Virus record (IMG/VR): IMGVR_UViG_3300021962_000100
Span: 1 to 62,919 of that record
From: a virus
Taxonomy: Duplodnaviria > Caudoviricetes
Length of the DNA: 62,919 bases
Strand: one strand, 5' to 3'
Positions 58,889 through 62,919 of the stretch are shown here, one piece after another. Every line of letters begins with the position of its first letter. The first letter of the stretch is position 1. Below the pieces are notes generated by a model. It searched no databases and was not told the origin of the DNA. It saw nothing but the letters and a program-made list of their open reading frames with translations. The position numbers and the translations under genes were made by a program.

Positions 58889-59175
58889 ATAATGACAACA
58901 TCTCCTTCATTAAGGACAAGTTTAGTTTCTCCGTCAATATCAATACGCTCAACTACTTCTAAGTTAAGTGCACTTGTACGGACATAAACTTTATCCCCTA
59001 CTTTAACATCTTCTACTTTGTCACCTACTGCAAAGACATTAAGCTTGTTCCACATCTTAACAGCTTCAGCCATCATTACTTCTTCATCTTTTGCGCTCAA
59101 CTGAATTGACGACTCTTTTCTTTTAGGAACATCTAACAAAATAGTTCTTCCTCTTAAACTTTTAAATGGTTTCAT
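58882..59175 (-). CDS. groES: GroES-like co-chaperonin
   Basis: Mobile-loop SSIQL, VFAVG...VKVGDKV, LVLNEGDV pattern. Confidence 0.75.
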   Translation of the reverse strand: MKPFKSLRGRTILLDVPKRKESSIQLSAKDEEVMMAEAVKMWNKLNVFAVGDKVEDVKVGDKVYVRTSALNLEVVERIDIDGETKLVLNEGDVVIIW

Positions 59176-59179
59176 TGGT

Positions 59180-59527
59180 TTATTTTAATGTAATTACTTT
59201 TACTACTGTCATCTGAGCATTAAGGATTTCTCCTACTGCATGATCAAACAACAAACTTTTTACCGGAGTCTTCTCATCATTAGAATATCTTCTCTTTAGA
59301 ATCTCAGCCATTTCTGCTGCTAATTCTTTTACTCTATGCACATCTTCATCTCCGCTTGGGTTAAAACTTAATCCCACTAACTGTTCTCCAAATGTAGGTA
59401 ATCTCTTTTCTTCAAATCCTACTGCTGCTTTCTCTTCCATATATTTATCATATTTAATACGCGCTTCCAAGTTGGTTTCTGACTCAGCTGTTAGTTTGCG
59501 CCATATGTCCAACTGATGCTTGGTCAT
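59180..59527 (-). CDS. Putative Acb2/Tad1-like helical-hairpin nucleotide sponge
   Basis: TFGEQLVGLSFNPSG...VKELAAE...ILNAQMTVVKVIT two-helix pattern; assigned from memory. Confidence 0.5.
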   Translation of the reverse strand: MTKHQLDIWRKLTAESETNLEARIKYDKYMEEKAAVGFEEKRLPTFGEQLVGLSFNPSGDEDVHRVKELAAEMAEILKRRYSNDEKTPVKSLLFDHAVGEILNAQMTVVKVITLK

Positions 59528-59775
59528 ACATTCTCATATGTCATAGCAAAGATATCTGGCTTGCATGCATAAAACTCTCCTGCTACTCCTTTGATAATAT
59601 AATCTCCAACATTGGCAAACATATCTCCCTCTAAGGTATCAATGTATAGATCTTTCACTACACCATGACTAGTAAAGTAACATGTCTTGCAAAAGTTTAA
59701 AACCTCAAACTGATTCTGCCCAGTCCACTGAACTGCCTCAATAATAACCGGTTTCTTTTTAAACTTCTGTGCCAT
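59524..59775 (-). CDS. KKPVxIEA...TLEG...GDYII...EFYxCKPDIF family protein (candidate Acb4-like sponge)
   Basis: The family motif is clear; the anti-CBASS link is recalled, not verified. Probable start MAQK at 59775. Confidence 0.55.
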   Translation of the reverse strand: MAQKFKKKPVIIEAVQWTGQNQFEVLNFCKTCYFTSHGVVKDLYIDTLEGDMFANVGDYIIKGVAGEFYACKPDIFAMTYENV

Positions 59776-59778
59776 GTA

Positions 59779-59791
59779 CAAATATAAAAAA
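59779..59791 (-). promoter_or_regulatory. Bacteroidota sigma -7 element (TATATTTG)
   Basis: TTTTTTATATTTG 3 nt before the ATG at 59775, just downstream of a terminator. Confidence 0.55.
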
Positions 59792-59802
59792 CTTTTTTAA
59801 AT

Positions 59803-59834
59803 AAAAAAGCTCACTAATAAAGTGAGCTATTTTA
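59803..59834. terminator. Intrinsic terminator (bidirectional-looking)
   Basis: AAAAAAGCTCACT-AATAA-AGTGAGCTATTTTT. Confidence 0.75.
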
Positions 59835-59885
59835 ACTAGTCATATAAGTATCAAATGTGCACTATGCTGCACCTTTTATGACACA

Positions 59886-60020
59886 TTATCCTTGTCCCCT
59901 ATAAAGTTTTTTATACTTCTTAGAACTTTTAAGTTTGGATGTCTTAGTCTTTGCATGTACACCCGGACGAGAAACTTTCTTTTTCTCTAGCTTTGTTGAG
60001 CTTTCTTTAATCTTTGCCAT
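59886..60020 (-). CDS. 44-aa highly basic peptide ending YRGQG (not in ORF track)
   Basis: MAKIKESSTKLEKKKVSRPGVHAKTKTSKLKSSKKYKKLYRGQG, with a promoter-like motif at 60037. Confidence 0.7.
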   Translation of the reverse strand: MAKIKESSTKLEKKKVSRPGVHAKTKTSKLKSSKKYKKLYRGQG

Positions 60021-60050
60021 AGTATATTAGTTTATACTATAAGATAATGA

Positions 60051-60461
60051 TTATTTGGTAAACTTGTCCAACTTTAAAAGCTTAACAATCTTATTTGCCC
60101 ATTCTTCTCCCTGAGATATGAAATCTTCTTCTGTATCTATATTATATCCATTAAGTAGAATACCCATATGTACAGCTTCATGCATTACCATAGTGATATC
60201 TTCCGCTGTCTCTTTAAAGTGTTTTTTATTCAAAAATAAAAAAGGTTTGTATGGTGCTTTTGCAGTAAGCTTTTTATCTCTTGGATCATAATTAGTAAAT
60301 CCATAGATATACACTCCATTACCAACAGTCTTATCTACTTCTTCAGCTTGGGCATCTGCACGGTTTAACCCATGCATTTCCTTAACCTTGTAATAATCAA
60401 ATATTTCAGTAGCATCTTTACCAATCAGTAAGATAAACTTACCCATGTCAATCTTCTTCAT
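60051..60461 (-). CDS. Small zincin-like metallopeptidase
   Basis: Probable start MKKIDM at 60461; HEAVH motif followed by TEE. Confidence 0.6.
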   Translation of the reverse strand: MKKIDMGKFILLIGKDATEIFDYYKVKEMHGLNRADAQAEEVDKTVGNGVYIYGFTNYDPRDKKLTAKAPYKPFLFLNKKHFKETAEDITMVMHEAVHMGILLNGYNIDTEEDFISQGEEWANKIVKLLKLDKFTK

Positions 60462-60485
60462 ACTATAAGATACAAAAAATATAGA

Positions 60486-60797
60486 TCCCCCGGGGGAGAA
60501 CAAATGAAAAAAGAACCCCCGGGGCAATCTACCTGTAGCATTGTAAAGGTAGGGATAAAGTTTGAAAGAAACTAGGGGATGGCAAATCTAATATATAAGA
60601 GGTTGTTGGGGCCCCTCACTCCAGACCCCCCGGGGCCATCCGCTCGGCAGGGGTACCCCCTGTTGCTGCCAGCTGGTCAAATGCATCTGACCATCTGTTG
60701 CAAGAAAATTTTCTTGGCAGAAAATGTTTCTATGACCTATGCCATGCTGTGCATGTCATGGTCTCTGTCTAGTCATGCTACACATGACATTAGACAG
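60486..60797. repeat. GC-rich palindrome/hairpin cluster at the strand switch
   Basis: TCCCCCGGGGGA, CCCCGGGG x2, GGGGCCCC, GGGGTACCCC, CAAGAAAATTTTCTTG, CTGTCTAGTCATG/CATGACATTAGACAG. Confidence 0.8.
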
Positions 60798-60805
60798 GTA
60801 GTCTG

Positions 60806-60814
60806 CTAGCCCTT
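60806..60814 (+). promoter_or_regulatory. CTAGCCCTT motif copy 1 (candidate early promoter)
   Basis: Three exact copies, each intergenic and upstream of a plus-strand unit. Confidence 0.5.
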
Positions 60815-60845
60815 GTCATAATATAAAATATTAAATTATTATATT

Positions 60846-61061
60846 ATGAATAGTATTATAACTCGGGTTATATCTAACCCTCATTCTAAGACTAGTGTGA
60901 TCTGCTATCCCAACGGTATGAAACCTTTTGTGATTAGCAAATCCAAAGCTAAAGCTTTGAAGGCTGGCAAGACCTACCTTGTAGATCTTAGAGCCAGCAC
61001 TGCAGGCTATGTCTATTCAGTCATAGTCCGCGGAGAACTAGCATTAAAGAAAGGGAAGTAA
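60846..61061 (+). CDS. Small basic early protein
   Basis: 71 aa with A/T-rich leader, followed by a terminator. Confidence 0.65.
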   Translation: MNSIITRVISNPHSKTSVICYPNGMKPFVISKSKAKALKAGKTYLVDLRASTAGYVYSVIVRGELALKKGK

Positions 61062-61076
61062 ATTCCCTTTTCTTTT
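61046..61076 (+). terminator. Intrinsic terminator
   Basis: AAAGGGAA-GTAAA-TTCCCTTT followed by a pyrimidine/T tract. Confidence 0.65.
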
Positions 61077-61087
61077 CCCTCTTTTTT

Positions 61088-61096
61088 CTAGCCCTT
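61088..61096 (+). promoter_or_regulatory. CTAGCCCTT motif copy 2
   Basis: TTCTAGCCCTTAA, 35 nt before the ATG at 61132. Confidence 0.5.
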
Positions 61097-61131
61097 AAAT
61101 TATATTGATAAATCAATAAATTTTATAAATT

Positions 61132-61647
61132 ATGGCTTTACAAGCAAAATTTCTAAGTATTGGCAAAGGTGGGACCTTAGCCATTTATGAAGTGCGTGGC
61201 ACTTCATCTGAACTTGCAACTTACGTAGCAAGCTTTAAAGACAGGGAACCTGCCTTTAAGAGCACCTTGGATGGCAAGCCTATCCTAGATGCTAAGGGAC
61301 AAAAGACTCCGCTTTTGTTCACGGCATATCCTATGCCTGGTAAGAATGTTTGGCATCCTTTGTACCAAAAGGCTGACGGCACATTCACTCTTGATAAACA
61401 AGACCTCAACTTTGAGATCTTGGTTTCCAAGAGTATGGGCGCTGACTTTGGTCAGGCTTATGCATCTGAAGCTGCACGCAGATATGCTGATAGCACATCT
61501 GTATCTTCTACAGCATCATCTATGCTAGCTGATGATGAAGAAGATGAGGCTGATGAAGAGGACTTCACAGCATCAGCATCTGAAGATGCAGAGTTAGATG
61601 TTGTTCCTGAAGAAACAACAGCTAAAGGAGCTAAAACTACCAAGTAG
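61132..61647 (+). CDS. Early protein with acidic C-terminal tail (SSB-like or DNA-mimic candidate)
   Basis: 171 aa, beta-rich N-terminus, DDEEDEADEEDF tail. Confidence 0.6.
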   Translation: MALQAKFLSIGKGGTLAIYEVRGTSSELATYVASFKDREPAFKSTLDGKPILDAKGQKTPLLFTAYPMPGKNVWHPLYQKADGTFTLDKQDLNFEILVSKSMGADFGQAYASEAARRYADSTSVSSTASSMLADDEEDEADEEDFTASASEDAELDVVPEETTAKGAKTTK

Positions 61648-61664
61648 TATTAGCTGAAAAATAT

Positions 61665-61702
61665 AAGAGTAACCACTAACGTGGTTGCTCTTTATTTTTT
61701 TT
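61665..61702 (+). terminator. Intrinsic terminator
   Basis: AAGAGTAACCAC-TAAC-GTGGTTGCTCTT followed by T8. Confidence 0.8.
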
Positions 61703-61729
61703 CCTACCTAAAACTATTCCCTTTTTCTT

Positions 61730-61738
61730 CTAGCCCTT
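61730..61738 (+). promoter_or_regulatory. CTAGCCCTT motif copy 3
   Basis: TTCTAGCCCTTAA after the terminator. Confidence 0.5.
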
Positions 61739-62053
61739 AACTAAATGTGCTATTGTATTCTTTATAGAATACTAATAGAGCCTACCATACAGTATATAGT
61801 ATATATATAAAACAATATGTACAGAATGCTGCGGGACACAGGCTCAATACTTGCTACTTGCTGGTAGATGGTAGGTGTTGTATCTTATATACTGTAAATG
61901 TGAGACAACACTACTTGAAACATGCTTGTATCTGCTTGATTCTGTGTGAGTTGCAGGAAATGAGTGTAAAACACTCTTCATTCCTATACTTGCATCAGTC
62001 TTCACAGATTTCTACAATAGTCTTTACTAATAACAATTAATATAGCTAAAACT

Positions 62054-62314
62054 ATGAACAAAACAACAGACTCATTGGTACTTGGTATTATACTTGGAAC
62101 AGTATTAACAGGATTACTATCCTATATACTATCTTCTTATATACTATTACCATATAAAGGAACAGAGTCATATCCTCCGGCAAAGATCAAAGTTGAATAC
62201 TACTTGGAAGTATCTCAAGATTCTATCAAGATTCAATCAGCTGATTCTAATGCAAGAGTATATGTAGGTAAATACTCTGACCTTGATTCCTTAATTACTA
62301 TTGATAACCAATAG
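62054..62314 (+). CDS. Small membrane-anchored protein
   Basis: 86 aa with an N-terminal TM helix. Confidence 0.65.
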   Translation: MNKTTDSLVLGIILGTVLTGLLSYILSSYILLPYKGTESYPPAKIKVEYYLEVSQDSIKIQSADSNARVYVGKYSDLDSLITIDNQ

Positions 62315-62379
62315 TATTTACTAATCAGTATTCTTGAACAAATGATAGATACAGATTACCTATGTAATTATACTTACAG

Positions 62380-62900
62380 AGTGAGAGGCAGTAATCCTCT
62401 CCGCAACTTGTACAGCTAACCAATAATGCTGTACCTCTTTACTGTTAGCAAACAGTGACAAACCTGTGGGGCTTCTATTGGGTTCTATATATACTCTGCA
62501 AATGTGTATATAGTGCTAAACAAATGGAGATGTGACATTGAATGACTTCCATCTATGCAGACATTTGTAATCCAAAGTTAGTGCAGACTTTAAAACCAGG
62601 TATTTTACACATAGTATATTGATAAAGCTATGTGAGTTTAATTTAAACTAGACAGTTTTATACACGGGAGCAATCTGGCAGTGTGATCCTGTTGACCACA
62701 GCAGTAATATGTGGTATGTCATTTATCTATTCTCCTCCACAAAGATTCCACTTGGGAGAATACAGCTGACTGAAGTGGAATTCAGTGTAATTCGGGTGAT
62801 GACTCAGCGGTCTAATAGCAATGTAGGATATTGTTATACACTTTGAATATTATGACATTATTACTAACAATTAAGTCCTGTGTACCTAGCACAGGCAAGT
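62380..62900 (+). ncRNA. Candidate large structured non-coding RNA
   Basis: About 520 nt without a >=60-aa ORF. At least 9 hairpins, several GNRA-capped, and a complementary loop pair TTCCAC/GTGGAA. Confidence 0.5.
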
Positions 62901-62919
62901 CCTCAAATTTAAATTTAAA

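Larger units (their letters stand above)
1..62919. mobile_element. Segment of a crAss-like (Crassvirales-type) Bacteroidota phage genome
   Basis: Gene order terminase-portal-acidic protein-MCP-conserved protein-ring proteins-HU-like-tail stabiliser-large cargo proteins matches crAss-like phages. Bacteroidota-type TAnnTTTG promoter elements, no Shine-Dalgarno motifs, no host housekeeping genes. Confidence 0.85.

Noticed and set aside
60462-60809. N-terminal extension of the 158-aa ORF and the 76-aa ORF at 60579-60809
   Set aside because: Both run through the promoter motif and GC-rich palindromes, and the composition is atypical for this genome.
61858-62040. 60-aa plus-strand ORF
   Set aside because: TTG start, no A-rich leader, odd composition; it overlaps predicted RNA stems.
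62383-62480. tRNA or tmRNA (T-arm-like hairpin; GGGGC at 62468)
   Set aside because: No TTCRA loop, cloverleaf, acceptor stem or CCA end could be built.
1-62919. Stop-codon reassignment (TAG->Gln or TGA->Trp), seen in some crAss-like phages
   Set aside because: Genes are full-length and tightly packed under the standard code, and TAG and TGA both end genes at sensible boundaries.

Overview
The window is a ~63 kb AT-rich segment of a large, apparently lytic crAss-like (Crassvirales-type) phage of a Bacteroidota host. It uses the standard genetic code, with no sign of stop-codon recoding, introns, inteins, integrase or CRISPR. Bases 1-60461 form a minus-strand late/structural arm. From right to left it holds: putative anti-defence sponge genes, GroES, fibre genes with a ~520-triplet collagen-like protein, a glycosidase-TPR-FkbM fusion, a lysis cassette, an HU-like gene, a PD-(D/E)xK nuclease, terminase, portal, putative scaffold, major capsid protein, seven small basic proteins, ring, ferritin-like and auxiliary-capsid genes, Cys-rich fibre genes, a tail stabiliser/muzzle, and five large cargo/ejection-type proteins (the last runs off the left edge). 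A GC-rich palindrome cluster (60486-60797) marks the strand switch to a plus-strand early-type region with a repeated CTAGCCCTT motif and two hairpin-dense non-coding stretches. The most striking unexplained system is in the cargo and small basic proteins. They are punctuated at domain boundaries by a recurrent [FYMAQ]-x-x-G-G / K-A-x-x-G motif, share portable modules (a ~25-aa ELT/DLT...G[YG] tag in four copies and a 52-aa module in two), and carry zincin, nucleotidyltransferase-like, ART-like and toxin-like domains. This suggests a tagged, protease-processed, injected polyprotein effector system. All family assignments come from motif recognition by eye; no database searches were run.
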